Below, piece by piece: positions 13,017-27,100 of a stretch of DNA of 64,000 nt. Source of the DNA: Octopus vulgaris (Eukaryota). The stretch's first letter is position 1; each line of letters starts with the position of its first letter. The DNA lies in NCBI GenBank assembly GCA_951406725.2, contig OX597817.1, forward strand, positions 37,324,001 to 37,388,000. The letters run 5' to 3'. Both the position numbers and the translations under genes were made by a program. The notes beneath the pieces were generated by a model. That model had not been told where the DNA came from, did no database searches, and saw only the letters and a list, made by a program, of their open reading frames with translations.

Positions 13017-14339
13017 TAGCGGACACTTTCAGTGAAAGTAGATATAATTGATTAGATTAATTATCAAATATTCTTTTCATTTACTTTACTGACCGTATAA
13101 GGTGAAATGTATAATATGGTGAACAAATACCAAATCGAATATAAGAACGCTGAGAAGCTGACCTGTTTACATAGCAACATCCCATCTTGTATTCTGCTTT
13201 CTCTCATATCTACATTAATATTTGGAAAGCAATTCGTAACTGATGTTTCCACAGTTTTAGACATTATTAATTGAGTTGTCTTTCCTTGTCTCTCTCTGCA
13301 ATTTGTTCATTTTTTATTCCATTTTTGGGATTTTTTTTTTTTACCTTTATTTTTTTTTTTCTTATGAAGCCAGTTTTCCCTTTTGGAAAGAATCTTTCAA
13401 CGTCACAATTGATTTAGAAATTGCTATGAACTGTCATTAATGGAGTTTTTTCGGTTCTCTCTCTTTATCTCTCCCTTTCTCTCTCTTTTCTTTCTTTCTC
13501 TATCCTTCGCCCATTTTTTGTCGCTAGAACGCATTTTTTTGTGCATTCAATCAACTAGCAAAAATTTTTTTGATGAACTGACAATATGGCCAGTTTTGAT
13601 TCCCAGATGACATCTCTTTATTTTACATAGTTAATATTCTTGGACAAAAAATAACATCATGGCCGACAAATATTTCATTCTTCGAGCCAATGAAAGACTC
13701 TCTATATTATCGTTCGACTAACTAGAAACAGCAGTCACATTTCCCTTCAATCGCATTTTGCCTTGAAATATAATATAAAAAGTACATTATATGATGTAGC
13801 TCTAGATACATTGTGTCTGAATGAAAGACGAGATGGGCATGGCTGGAACACCTTTGGTAATATATGTACATTATCTGCGTTGATTCCGAGTTTCATAGAC
13901 CTTTCATAAATTTCCTTCTCTTTAATCTCAAATTTCATGAATACATAAAATTTCAAACGTCTCTCTTCTGTGAAATCCGCGAATCTATGGCCTAAAGCAA
14001 ACATATATACTTCGGCCATAAAGCAATCAATTATCTCGCATATTGGTTACCAGTATTAATTACTTCATAACTTTCATTATACTTTTCAAAAGAAGGGTTG
14101 TTATATAAGCCCTTGGTTTCAGGTTTATAGAGCTGAGGTTTAGTAAATTAATATTTTAAATCCACAATAAAGTTTGGAGTAAAGTCTAACATGTCATATT
14201 AGCTCTGTAAACTGTAAAGTTGTCAGTCTCAACTGTTTTCGTTATTTACTTAATGTGGGCTAAAGGAAAAAATTTCTCTATCAGCTGTTGTTGTTGGTGG
14301 TGGTGGTGGTGGTGGCGGCGGCGCCAGCAGCAGCAGCAG

Positions 14340-14495
14340 TGTTGTTGTTGTTTAACCTCAAGACGGCCCTCATGGCCCGGTCGTATGATCGACAGTATTT
14401 CACCCGTTGCCATTCAGTCAATATTTCAAACATTGTATTAGAATATGATTTGAGAGAGATTTTGCTGCTATTTCTAACAGATCGAGCAACCACAT
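14340..14495. repeat. Old dispersed repeat (ttgttgtttaacc...tatgatc...gctgctatttcta...cgagc)
   Basis: Degenerate relatives seen near 25200-25380, 26640-27060, 28735-28870, 34915-34980, 44050-44290, 51160-51370, 59070-59210 and 63590-63650. Class unknown. Confidence 0.5.
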
Positions 14496-14930
14496 TCAAG
14501 GTTCTCGTCGACACATTAGTATCGTTTCCTTATTATATATTTCAGTTATTTCACTATTTCCATAGTCTAATCTGAGATTAAAGTGTTATATAAATGTTTT
14601 ACAAGCTTGAGTTCGGTTAAAAATACACAGCACTCTTGCAAAGTGACCTCAGGAAATCGCTATAACTCTTATCATTTTTTATCCAGTCTAAGACGTATGA
14701 AGAATTTTCTTTTAAGCGTTTTAACCAGATTTTGATTTTATGCATAAATTTTTTTCCATCTATAAGATAATTTGTTTTATTTGTTTTATATTTTGTCGGA
14801 TTTTTTTTTACTGGTTGAAATTTTGAGACGGTTCTATAACACATAGACAGACAGATACAGACACAGAGAGAGAGAAGAAAAGGGAGAAAGTGAGAGAGGG
14901 TATAAATGTTTTTCAATGATTACACTATCC

Positions 14931-15368
14931 GGCATAGGAGTGGCTATGTGGTAAGTAGCTGGCTTACAAACCACATGGTTCCGGGTTCATTCCCACTGCA
15001 TGGCAACTTGGGCAAGTGTCTTCTACTATATCCTCGGGCCGACCAAAGCCTTGTGAGTGGATTTGGTAGACGGAAACTGAAAGAAGACTGTCGTATATAT
15101 GTATATATATATATATGTGTGTGTGTGTATGTGTGTGTGTGTGTGTGTGCGTATATGTTTGTGTGTCTGTGTTTGCCCCCCCCCCCCAACATCGCTTGAC
15201 AACCGATGCTGGTGTGTTTACGTCCCGGTAACTTAGCAGTTCGGTAAAGAGACCGATAGAATAAGTACTAGGCTTACAAAGAATAAGGCCTGGGGTCGAT
15301 TTGCTCGACTGAAGGCGGTGCTCCAGCATGGCCACAATCAAATGATTGAAACAAAAGAGTAAAGAGTA
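14931..15368 (+). mobile_element. Full-length tRNA-derived SINE, family B, with internal (TA)/(TG) microsatellite
   Basis: Head ggcataggagtggctatgtggtaag, B box gggttcattcc, then cttgggcaagtgtcttctactata; internal microsatellite; 3' end aaagagt repeats; multiple paralogs in the window. Confidence 0.9.
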
Positions 15369-15724
15369 TCCAGAAACTTCCTCAATCCGACTTCTAGAAA
15401 TATGGTTCTAATTACTGTGTTAGGAATTTTCTAACTCTTTGTTTTCTAATATCTGATAGTCAATTCGTTGCATGAATTCAGAACAGATCTCCGATCTAAG
15501 AATAACTATCTCCCTTTCTCCCACCAACTTTGTAAGTCTTGAAAAGTATCATGGACGCTACTCCTTTTTCTCTGGTAAAGCTACTAAGAAATCTTGAAAT
15601 AATAAAAATAATTCATAACGTAAATTCTACTTCATATAACCATACCTTTCTATAGGTTTCATATATTCAATCCATTTTATACATAAATAATTTAATTATC
15701 TAGGTCAAGGGTGAAAGGTACAAG

Positions 15725-15955
15725 CCACCCGTGCCGATGTTACGTAAAAGGCACCCGTGCCGGTGAGACATGAAAGTACCAACTACACTCTTGGAGTGGT
15801 TGGCGTTAAGAAGGGCTCCCTGTCGTAGAAATCAAGCCAAAATCAGACAAGGGCCTGGTACAGTTCTCCAGCTTACCATTTCCTGTGAAACGTCTAACCT
15901 ATGCCAGCATGGAAAACGGACGCTAAATGACGATGATGATGAAGACGATGATGAT
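15725..15955 (+). mobile_element. 3' part of an RTE-type retroposon with (GAT)n tail
   Basis: ggttggcgttaagaagggc...gtagaaa...aacctatgccagcatggaaaacggacg followed by atgacgatgatgatg; the RTE assignment rests on recalled similarity. Confidence 0.55.
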
Positions 15956-16161
15956 ATGGTGTATGGACTTCGTCAATATGGCCTGTATTGTTCGTAAAAA
16001 CCAAGTCAAGTATGTCATGTCCTTATATCTCGGTATATTTATGATGAACTTATTTTATTATATCTTAGATATTTTGGAAGAGTTCGGAGAGATCATGAAT
16101 GCCTTTATCGAGAGTCACTTGAGAAAATCTTACAAGAGAACAACTAAATACTGAACTAGTA

Positions 16162-16394
16162 TACTCTTTCTTTTACTCTTTTACTTGTTTCAGGCATGTG
16201 AATGTGGCCATGCTGGAGCACCGCCTTTAGTCGAGTAAATCGTCCCCAGAACTTATCCTTTGTAAGCCTAGTACTTATTCTATCGGTCACTTTTGCCGAA
16301 CCGCTCAGTTACGAGGACGTAAACACACCACCATCGGTTGTCAAGCAATGTTAGTGGGAACAAACACTGACACACAAACATATACACACATACT

Positions 16395-16426
<32 letters not shown>

Positions 16427-16586
16427 CGACGGGCTTCTTTCAGTTTCCGTCTACCAAATCCACTCAAGGCTTTAGTCGGCTAGAGGCTATAGTAGAAGAT
16501 ACTTGCCCAAGGTGCCACACAATGGGAATGAACCCGGAACCATGTGATTCGTAAGTAAGCTAATTACCACACATCCACTCCTACGC
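16162..16586 (-). mobile_element. SINE family B, full-length
   Basis: Reverse-complement paralog of 14931-15368. Confidence 0.9.
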
Positions 16587-16684
16587 TTTATATGTTCATA
16601 GAAACATATTTGATTACATAGTTACACATATACAATGCCTAAACCAATGACGGTGTTCATAAATGGAGTCCATTTAATGATATA

Positions 16685-16814
16685 CAGGGTGTCCCAAAAA
16701 AATGTATACACATAGTGGTTCGGCAAAAGAGAACGATAGAATAAGTACTAGGCTTACAAAGAATAACAAATTTACAATTATTTAAGGTGTGTATACATTT
16801 TTTGGGACACCCTG
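16685..16814. mobile_element. 130-bp Tc1/mariner MITE carrying a SINE fragment
   Basis: TIRs CAGGGTGTCCCAAAAAAATGTATACACA / TGTGTATACATTTTTTGGGACACCCTG with TA flanks; 16714-16766 matches the family B 3' region. Confidence 0.88.
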
Positions 16815-17156
16815 TATATACGAAACCAGGGTTGGTCATCAGTTAAACAAATTCAAATACATATTAGGGAATATGATACGTATTGTACCATTGCCGGGGT
16901 AGTATATCTATATATATATATTTGCAGGATAAAATATGTATGACTACGATAACTTTGTAACTATACACACACACGCATGTGTGTGTATATGTACTTAAAT
17001 AAATGTGTATATGTGCATATATAAACATATATATATGAAATATATATGCGTCTGTAGGATGCAAATAGTTACATCCATGATAAATATAGCCACACACATA
17101 TACGCACGCACACATACACACACATGTACGCTCGTGTGTATGTATATGAATGTATG

Positions 17157-17226
<70 letters not shown>

Positions 17227-17480
17227 CACGCATAAAGGAATGTATTCGGCAACTCAGTAAACCAACGTGGAACATTCATGGACGACGAGGTTGTCTGTTA
17301 TTGTTTGATGTAGAAGAAGAATTCAAATGTAATTACATGGAACTACAGCTGCATTGTTATTTACTTATGCACAGATTACTGTGTCTGCAGTGCACATGTA
17401 AGCTGGGGGAATTCTATAGAATAATTTAATCTATTCGCTTGTGGAGCCGACATTCATGCATACAAACACACACACATATA

Positions 17481-17533
<53 letters not shown>

Positions 17534-19329
17534 GTGTACACAAGTTTTGAATCAGCATACGCACTTGCTTTTATAGCTCTTCGTATTTATCTTGGTAAAT
17601 TGCGCACGCATTTGTGTATGCGTCAGAGATATGTAAAGCTCCATCTGCATCTTTCCAAAAATCATTTCTCTGTGCTCTGACTTTTGTTAACGATTTCGTG
17701 AGTAAGCATTTAGATATTCATATGCATCAGTATTTCTTACCCATTCTTACAAATGTATACATGTAGTCATTAAAGGATGCAGTCGTATATACACACGCAT
17801 ATATACAATACATGCGTGCACAAAAAATAATAATATACATATATGTGTGTGTGTATGTGTGCGTATATATATATATTTAAAGAGACGAACAGACACATAA
17901 CTAGACACAGAGAGAGAGCAAGCGGAGAGGAGGATGGCTCTGGGTGTCAATTTCTGCAATGCTGTTACCTTATTCAATTCTGCCAATGAAAGGAAAGCTT
18001 CTTTAAAGGAAATATCAATAGCTAACTTTAAAATAACTCCGATTAATACATGGTTATAAATGTGTTCTAAAAACATCTACTTACATCCTTAATGTTTTTA
18101 TCTAACACTTTGACAAAAGAAAAAAGACAGAGTTCAAAATCCTTTTCAGTCTTCCTGAGAGTGATAAATTTTATTTTCAGACCATAGACTTGTCCTGAAG
18201 GGCTGCAACTGAGTGGACCCCCCACCAAATGCTCCTAAGGACAGAGCGGTAACGTCAAATAGGCTGAATGATTTATATTCATACGTTGAATCTTCCAAGT
18301 TTACTGTTCATATCACACATAAAAAGACGCAGTAAGTTAGACTTACCATGACCGGTTGTTATAAAAACAAAACTTATATTAAACTGAAGCTCTTAGCTAT
18401 TATTTCCTCAAAAGAGAATTTTATATATTATATTAAAAATGCAATCTACTATATGAAACAGTAATTATCCAAGAGTAGAAATTTATATATCTATGTTGCT
18501 GACAGTATTCCCAAAATTGCGACCTCGTCTCAACTAATATTCGCTTTATTTGTTCAACACCATTTCCGCAAGGGTATTGGTATCCATATCTATAATTTAA
18601 AACAATACTAACCCGTGTAACTTTCAATTGGTCTATTTCTCTAAACAATTGAACGCCTACTGTTACAGTCATTCGGTTTCTCCCTCAGTCGACTATTCAA
18701 TATTTAAATGAGCCACAGAAATTAATTAATCAGGTGGGTAATAAAAATTAAATGACTGACATTCATTAATTTGAGGTTAACTGAATCATATCTGAAGTTG
18801 CGGAGATTTATATGACTGCTTAACATTAGAAGTACATAAATACACACACACAAACACGTGTGTGTGTGTGTGTGTACAGATGTATTTACATGTATATGTA
18901 GATATCCTTCAGTGATTTTTACATGTGTATACTTGTATACATTTTTCATATATGAATGTATCTATGTGCGTATATATATATACGCATACAAAAACACACA
19001 CATACGCAAGCTAGCGCGCATATTCATGTACATATATATGCATGTGTATATATAGGTCGGATGGGGGCTACGCAAGTCATTATTATTAATGAATAATTTC
19101 AACAGGCTATTCTCGCTAATTACTACAAGTGGATTAACAGTTGATTGGTGTTAGATTTACACTTTGGTATTGTACTTCGCTTTTGATCTTTTGCTTCAAG
19201 CCGCTCAAAGAATTAATTGCCATAAAGGAGAGAAACGTCAGCACTACTTTACATTTGTTGAAGTGGTGCGTTTCCAACTATGTATGTATCTATATATATG
19301 TGTCTGTGTGTGTTTGTATAAATATGTAG

Positions 19330-19369
19330 ACACACACACACATATATATATAAATATGTATATGTATAT

Positions 19370-19409
<40 letters not shown>

Positions 19410-19467
19410 AAATAAGTATATATATATATGTATAAATATGTATATAGATATATATATGTATAAATAT

Positions 19468-19507
<40 letters not shown>

Positions 19508-19594
19508 GTGTATATATATATATATATATGTGTATGTATATATGTGTATATGTATATATATATATATGTATATATATATGTATATATATATATT

Positions 19595-19649
<55 letters not shown>

Positions 19650-19760
19650 ATATATATATATGTGTGTATAAATAAATATATATATGTGTGTGTATATGTA
19701 TATATATATGTGTGTATATATATGTGTGTGTGTGTATATGTGTGTGTGTGTATGTGTATA

Positions 19761-19849
<89 letters not shown>

Positions 19850-19888
19850 GTGTGTATATATATATGTGTATATATATATATGTGTATA

Positions 19889-19963
<75 letters not shown>

Positions 19964-20040
19964 GTGTGTGTGTGTATATATATATATGTATATATATATG
20001 TATATATATATGTATATGTATATATATGTATATGTATATA
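19330..20040. repeat. ~700-bp compound (TA)n/(TG)n microsatellite
   Basis: Direct reading; source of several YI/CV-rich pseudo-ORFs. Confidence 0.95.
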
Positions 20041-21140
20041 GAAAGAGGAGGGATAAAGGAAAGAATACCTAAAGAAATGAGAAGTATATAACTATATGTA
20101 TATTAAATAAAACCATATAGACTTGGAAAAAGATATATCTAGTGAATGTGTAATGTAACAAAACAATTAATGTTTAAATTATATATAATGATGGATATCA
20201 CTTATATGAACTAAAACTGTGTTTCTGCTAATGTTTACATCGGCATGCACGCTCTGTAACCGTGTTTACAAGGGGGGTTTTAGAAAAAAAGTATTAAAAA
20301 ATAGATCAGAATCACAGAGCAGACAGAATTCCTTGCCTTTGTCATAAGGTATCGAGATTGAGAGAATTAACACCTGCGTTTAACTCCATTTATTTATTTA
20401 TATATATTATAGAAAATGTTTCACGTAAATCCGAAGTTTCTACGTTTAAATACAAGGAGTTACAACCTTTTTACTTGTGTGATTTTTTGCTACCCTGGTA
20501 ACTATATATATTTTTTTCCGTGTTAATTGTTAACAAGGGGAAATACACACATCAATTTATATATGTATATATATATATATATGTGTACGATTATGTGTGT
20601 GTGTATGTATATATATATATATATATACACACCACTTCAACAAATGTAAAGTAGTACAGAGACAGACTGATAGATATTTGCCCACAACGTAATTTGTAAA
20701 TACTGTGATTGTCCATGTGAAAATTAAGCATTCAAGATTTAAATCGGGTCAAAGCATGGAATGTTGACTGGGGAGGCGGGATGAAGGGTAAAATATGTAA
20801 AGGGATAAAGCAACAATATATCATTAGAGAAAGTAACAAGGCGTACGCAAAGAAAAAGAGAGGAAGTGAAAAAGAAAGCTAAAGAAACATAACGGAATGA
20901 CAGAGACGAAATATAGAATGAAGTGGAACTCTCTCTGTATAACATAATTTCAACTAGCTTTATAGAAAAAGGTAGTGTTTATTAGAGAGAATTGCGAGAG
21001 GAATAAGAAAGTAGGCAGCTGACATTATTCAAGTTCTATTCTTCCTCGGTTCTGACTACATCTAGTCAGGTTTAGGCTTTTTATTCGTTTGTTGCATACA
21101 ATTTTTGCATTGTTATCCTTCCCGTTTTCTGTTTTTTTCA

Positions 21141-21183
<43 letters not shown>

Positions 21184-21214
21184 TTCTTTTTCTTCTCTTT
21201 TATCTTCTCTCTAC

Positions 21215-21245
<31 letters not shown>

Positions 21246-21386
21246 CCTTTCTGTGTCAGCCTTTTTATCTGTACAATTCCTTCTCACACCCGCTGCATAC
21301 CTCATTTTCACACATCGTCCATTTCCTTCCCCTGTTTATGTAGAGGAGATACACACACACACACACACACACACATACACACACAC

Positions 21387-21427
<41 letters not shown>

Positions 21428-21479
21428 CATACATAAATATATATGTGTGTGTGTGTGTGTGTGTTTGTGTGTGTGTATG

Positions 21480-22367
21480 CGTGGTCTGATCAATAGGTAT
21501 CTGGACTGTTGCCATAGTAACAACGCTAAAGCACGCAGAGTGAAGCTGCTTGGCACGGATTGACCATCAACCCTGCTGTGCATGTACTCTAAATTTTAGC
21601 ATTCTAGTTCACTCCTCCACTGTTTATAGCACTGGTTAGAAGGAAGGTGTGTCGCGTGTGATCGTCACATTGACAATGACAGAGAACGTTGAGCAGAGAA
21701 TTTGCATCAAATGTTGCCAAAAAGCCTTGCGATACCAGCTCAGAAGCCTACACACAGTTTTCAAAAAGTTTTCATCGTTCTCGACACAACCAAGATCTTG
21801 TGCAACTGAAACCCGGGCGTCTTTTAGGTCAGTTGAAAGCAGTTTTGACACAAACTTGGTAGATATGAGCGTCATACACAAATTTTCGGTGATAATGGAC
21901 TGAACTGAATCGTGATTAATTTGTACATCCTCTGATAACTCACAGATGGTGATTCAATGATTTCCCCGCACAGCTAAGCTCACATCTGCAATGTTTTTCT
22001 GTTTTGCTAGTTGCGGGTCTCCCAGAATGTTCGTCAATAACAACATTTTTTTCGGCCGACTTGGAAACGCCAGAACCACTCGTACACTTGTGTGTGGTTC
22101 ATACACTCCACTCCATACTTTCTGCAACTTTACGCAGGCCTCTGAGAAGGTATCGGCATGACAACTTTCTCTGTCATGGTCAATGCGACGAATACACGCT
22201 GTGCACCTTCCTTCCATGCACTGCTGAAAACAGCAGAAGTGAGCTAGAACGTTAAAATTTAGTGCGCATGCACAGTGGAGTGCACGGTCAATCTGTGCCA
22301 TGCGGCTTCACTCTGAGTACTTTAGCTTCGTTATTATGCCAACAGACCGGATACTTATTGATCAGAC

Positions 22368-22371
<4 letters not shown>
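21480..22371. mobile_element. Mariner derivative with two inverted 5' ends
   Basis: Both ends begin cg(a/t)ggtctgatcaata(a/g)gtatc and stay alignable for roughly 200-270 bp. The left arm encodes MTENVEQRICIKCC. The right arm (-) continues through decayed HTH and linker sequence (VYEWF..F; ISTKFVSKLLSTDLKDARVSVAQ...ENDENFLKT). Confidence 0.85.
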
Positions 22372-22414
<43 letters not shown>

Positions 22415-22781
22415 TTAGCTATGTGGGAGCTATAGTAAAAAGAATTATCTATATTTTACATTCAAATATATATATATCTATTTAATCAACTTAACAATAT
22501 ATGCGTATGTGCGCATGCGTACGTGAGTCAAAGATGTGTACGAGGAAGAGTGGCAATAAAAATAGTGTTTAATAAGTACTGCAAAGTTTTTCTTAAATGT
22601 ATAATTTGGGATATTAAAATCAGAATGTTTACGACCCCTGCAATATGAAACTAGGAGTAATGGTGGTGAAATTAAGTTTCAGTTGCTGTTATGTGTGTAG
22701 GCGCGTGGGGAGTGTGCATGAGTGTGTATGAATCGTTTCAGGGCATTCTCTTTATCTTTTGTGTACAAAGAGAATAGCAAG

Positions 22782-23540
22782 TTTTGAGTAATTGTGGACA
22801 ACAACATAAGCTGGGCCACTCATATAAACACCAAAGTTGACATGGCCCGCAGAATGTGTTCCTGGATTCTCAGAACTTTCCAGTCGAGAGATATCCACAC
22901 CATTATCCTTCTCTTCTCCACTTTTGCCCGACCCCACCTTGAATACTGTTGTCCACTGTGGTCTCCCCACACAATACAAGGTATCATAAAAGTTGAAGCA
23001 CCTCAAAGGGCAATCACAAAAAAGATAGATGGCATGACAGGCCTCGACTATTGGGGTCGACTAGAAAAGCTAAAACTTTATTCTCTCCAACGTCGTCGTG
23101 AGCGCTACATCATCTGCATGATGTGGAAAATATTCCATCAGCATTGCCCAAATGATGTTGGCATCACCTTTAAGGTACATCCAAGGCTTGGGCCCCGTGC
23201 CATCCGCCCAAAACAAAAATCGCACTCTCATCTCATAACAACAATACGGCACAATTATTTCACCTCAATTGGCCCCGCTCTCTTTAACATTACACCAAAA
23301 CACATTAAAACAGAAACTGACCCTATAGGGTTCAAGAAGTCTTTGGACAGATTCCTTCAAGAAATCCCGGATAAGCCCCCTACACCCGGATATGTCTCTG
23401 TAAACAATAACTCTCTACTTGAGTGGGCCATAGTGCCCAAATTCTGACTTGAAAGACTTCACCAGGTGGTGCTATTAAGTTAGACATGGCCTGGGCCAAT
23501 AATGGCCGAAACCTATCAAAGTATCAAAGTATCAAAGTAT
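22782..23540 (+). mobile_element. 5'-truncated CR1-group LINE (C-terminal ORF2, 3' UTR, 8-bp repeat tail)
   Basis: ORF 22794-23447: VDNNISWATHI...ILRTF..RD...LFSTFARPHLEYCCPLWSP...QRAITKKI.GM..LDYWGRLEKLKLYSLQRRRER, typical of the post-RT region of CR1-group elements; ends in (TATCAAAG)3. Confidence 0.88.
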
Positions 23541-23693
23541 ATATATATATATATATATACAATCATACATACATACATACATATACCACGGTGTACGCAC
23601 AACTTGTCGTCTAACTACATTAAATTTCTTACACTCTTTGTCCATTATATATATATCATAATACCCCCACACATACATACTCACACTTATATT

Positions 23694-23733
<40 letters not shown>

Positions 23734-23874
23734 TGGTAGGATTAGAATAATTCTCCATACAGTTCAAAATGTTTGACTATGCAAAAAACACAAAACAGCT
23801 CTGTGGAAGCTCTAATAAAAAGAATTAACAACATTAGACCCATAGATACGTATATATATATAATACGTAAAAAA

Positions 23875-24123
23875 GGGACAAACAAGGGCAGACAAAGGGA
23901 TTAAGTCGATTACATCGACCCCAGTGCGTAACTGTTACTTAATTTATCGACCCCGAAAGGATGAAAGGCAAAGTCGAATTCCCCCAAGGTCGACTTTGCC
24001 TTTCATCCTTTCGGGGTCGATAAATTGAGTACCAGTTACGCACTGGGGTCGATGTAATCGACTTAATCCCTTTGCCTGTCCTTGTTTGTCCCCTCTATGT
24101 TTAGCCCCTTGTGGGTAGTAAAG

Positions 24124-24127
<4 letters not shown>
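23875..24127. mobile_element. Two SINE family A bodies in head-to-head inverted orientation
   Basis: ~100-bp arms (23875-23977 and 23989-24092) around a ~11-nt spacer. Confidence 0.88.
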
Positions 24128-24167
<40 letters not shown>

Positions 24168-27100
24168 GCTTAAAATCACATGCATGTTTGTGCGCATGTG
24201 CTCGTGAACCAAAGATATGCACGAGCAATAACGATAAAAAAGAACAAAGTATTTAATAAGTAATGCATAGTTTTAACATATTTATTGTCTACTGAAAATT
24301 TCATTAGCTAATACTTTGACATCCCACATAATTTCTCTCGACTACTTTCAGATACATGAATGGTACGAGACATTTGTAATTAGTGCCGTACAGGTTATAC
24401 GATACTAGAAACGTGTGCTTTATGGAACTAATTGTAAGCTTCTAGGCCATGCGGTTATGACAAAGGTTAGGAAATTCTAAAGTAGAATCAAAGTACATAT
24501 ATAGATGTATATGTATACATAGAAATGTACATGTGTCTGTGTCTGTGCGCGCGCATGTGCTATCTGTAAGCATACATGTATATAAGGCCATTAAGAAATA
24601 CAAAAGCAATCACGAAATTTCTATTAAGACTGACATACATAATGTATTGTATATTAAGTAAACATTGCATGCTGTAGATATGGAGAAAAATGGAGGCAAA
24701 ACATTCATTATAAAGTAATGTAGCAATTTGTTAGACGACTTTTTATAAAATGCGCGCGTGCACACATACAGATACGTGTCACTTATGCATCAACGCACTC
24801 ACAGGTATACATGTGTGTCATATATATATATATATATATGGAACTCATGCACATATGTGTGTATATGTATGTATATAAAAATATATATATATATGAGATT
24901 TGCATTTTTGTGATGAGAAAATTAGGATAATATGATTTAAATAGTCTTCTCACTGATGTTCTTAGTATCGGTTTTGCTAGGGTTTTTCAGTCATGGAACT
25001 AAATTATCCAGGTCATTCCCATTCTTAAGATAGTGTGATATGATTTGTAGGAGTAGATTTTACTGTTGTTTCGAGAAAGTCGCGTAACGTTGAAGCTCCT
25101 TTGTTAAATGGTATTGTGAAAATAAATGTGACATGAGAGCTAAATTGGAATGCTGCTGTGTAATTGCCCTTATTTCACGAGTTAATTAAAATATATCTAA
25201 GTATACTATAAACAGCAGCTATATGCCCCTCAAATAACAGCCTAGGATATTGCAAAAGGAAGCACATGGTGGATACATCAAGCCTGAATAAAAGATGGAC
25301 ACTCATGAGAGGAGTATCTTCATAATAAGCTTGTATTGCTAGGGGGGTGCGGAGCTAAACAATAACAACAACAAAAACAACCGCTACATTGAATATTAGC
25401 ACTGAAGTAGGTACGTGTTCGATCCTACAAACTAATTCTATGTTATTTCACTTTGAAGTTTGCTTTAATAAACTATTTTAACAGATGTAAACATGCATAC
25501 GTAATTTTATATGAAAATATCAAAGAAATACAAGCAAATAATGTAAATATTATTAGAAATTTAATACAATGATTATTAAAGAATCGTTTTTATTAAATAA
25601 CTTACCCATAGCAATTACTGGTACACTGAAATACACTGGAATGAATAATCAAATGCACAGTTTTTCAGAAAAGGAGTATTTCACTGTATGCGAGTGAGAG
25701 AAAGAAAATAGTTCAAAGGAGTGTAAGGACGGGACGTGCTTTTGTGGGAAATACAGATTTTGAAGTCTATCTTAATAAATACTCAGAGAAACCTATGGCA
25801 CCAGACTAAATGATTAACGTTATTTCGTGTTATCCTTCCATATTTTGCTTTTATACTCTGCACTAAATTAGCATCACTATTATTCGCTAATACATTCTAG
25901 ATCGAGAAAATAAATACATACCAGCGATATATTGAGGTTCATAACAGAATTGTTTGAGTATCGGATAAAATGCTTTGCAATATTTAGTTACGGCTTTTTG
26001 TCTTGAGTTCGATTCACGCCAAGTTAACATTGCCTTTCATCCATCAAAGGCCGATAAAATAATGCCCCACTCAAGTACAGGAGTCGATTTATATTGCCAT
26101 ACCACATCCTAGATGTGAATGGAATTATAATTAAAGACAACATAAGACACTATTTCTCTCTACAAGCATAAGAAAGAAAACCAAAGTCAACAATACCAAA
26201 GTAATATGATAATAAACGGCGAATTAGCTTGGCCAATGCATATAACATTCATCATTTGCTCATTTTCTTTATATTTTCTTTGTTATGCTATCTTGTATGT
26301 CAGTCGATCTGTGTTTTATTCTTTTCTTTACTGTTCTATCTGTATATTTTCACCAAATCATTTCTGAATATATATTGATTTTAACAAAAGAAAATTCGAA
26401 AATACTGTGAGGCCATTATCAGCAGGGATTCTTTAGACCTCATAACTCTGCTTTGTTCATAATAATCAAAGACACGAACCAACCGTGAGGAAATAGACTT
26501 CAACATAATACAAGCAAAATCTAAAAATTTTACACAGACATGATCTAAAGTGTAAGACATCTTTAATATAAGTTAAAGGCAACATAGTTAATATTATAGT
26601 ATCACATGACCTCTTCCACTACCACTAACTATCGTTATACGAGCCAACTAGAGAAACCTCTATGTCGTGGCATTGCGCCTTTGATCATAAGTCTGCTTAA
26701 TCAAGACTGACCTATGAATAAATAACAACAAATACCAATGCATGCAGAAATGTTTACGGATAAGAGTGAAAATTTATGAACAAAAAAAATATATATTTCT
26801 GAAAATAATAAAACCAGCGATGAATTCTGATTTTTAATTTCTAACAGGGTAAATGATAAATTTACTCACCACAGAGCCTCTACGTCATCGTTTGAACGTT
26901 TAGAAATAATAGCTAATTCTTCATCAAATCACATACAACTCTCTTAAAAAGAAGATACATTGTCCTATGGTGTTCATACACAAATATATATGATGCTCAC
27001 GGTTGGAATGCGTCTTTGATCATAAGGAAGTCAAAATCGCTCTTGGTCTAAAAACAACAACAATTATAGATTAGTAGATTGACAAAACCGTTGGAGCGTT

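Noticed and set aside
22745-22775. 9-bp inverted repeat at the 5' truncation point of the CR1 fragment
   Set aside because: Too short and AT-rich to distinguish from chance.
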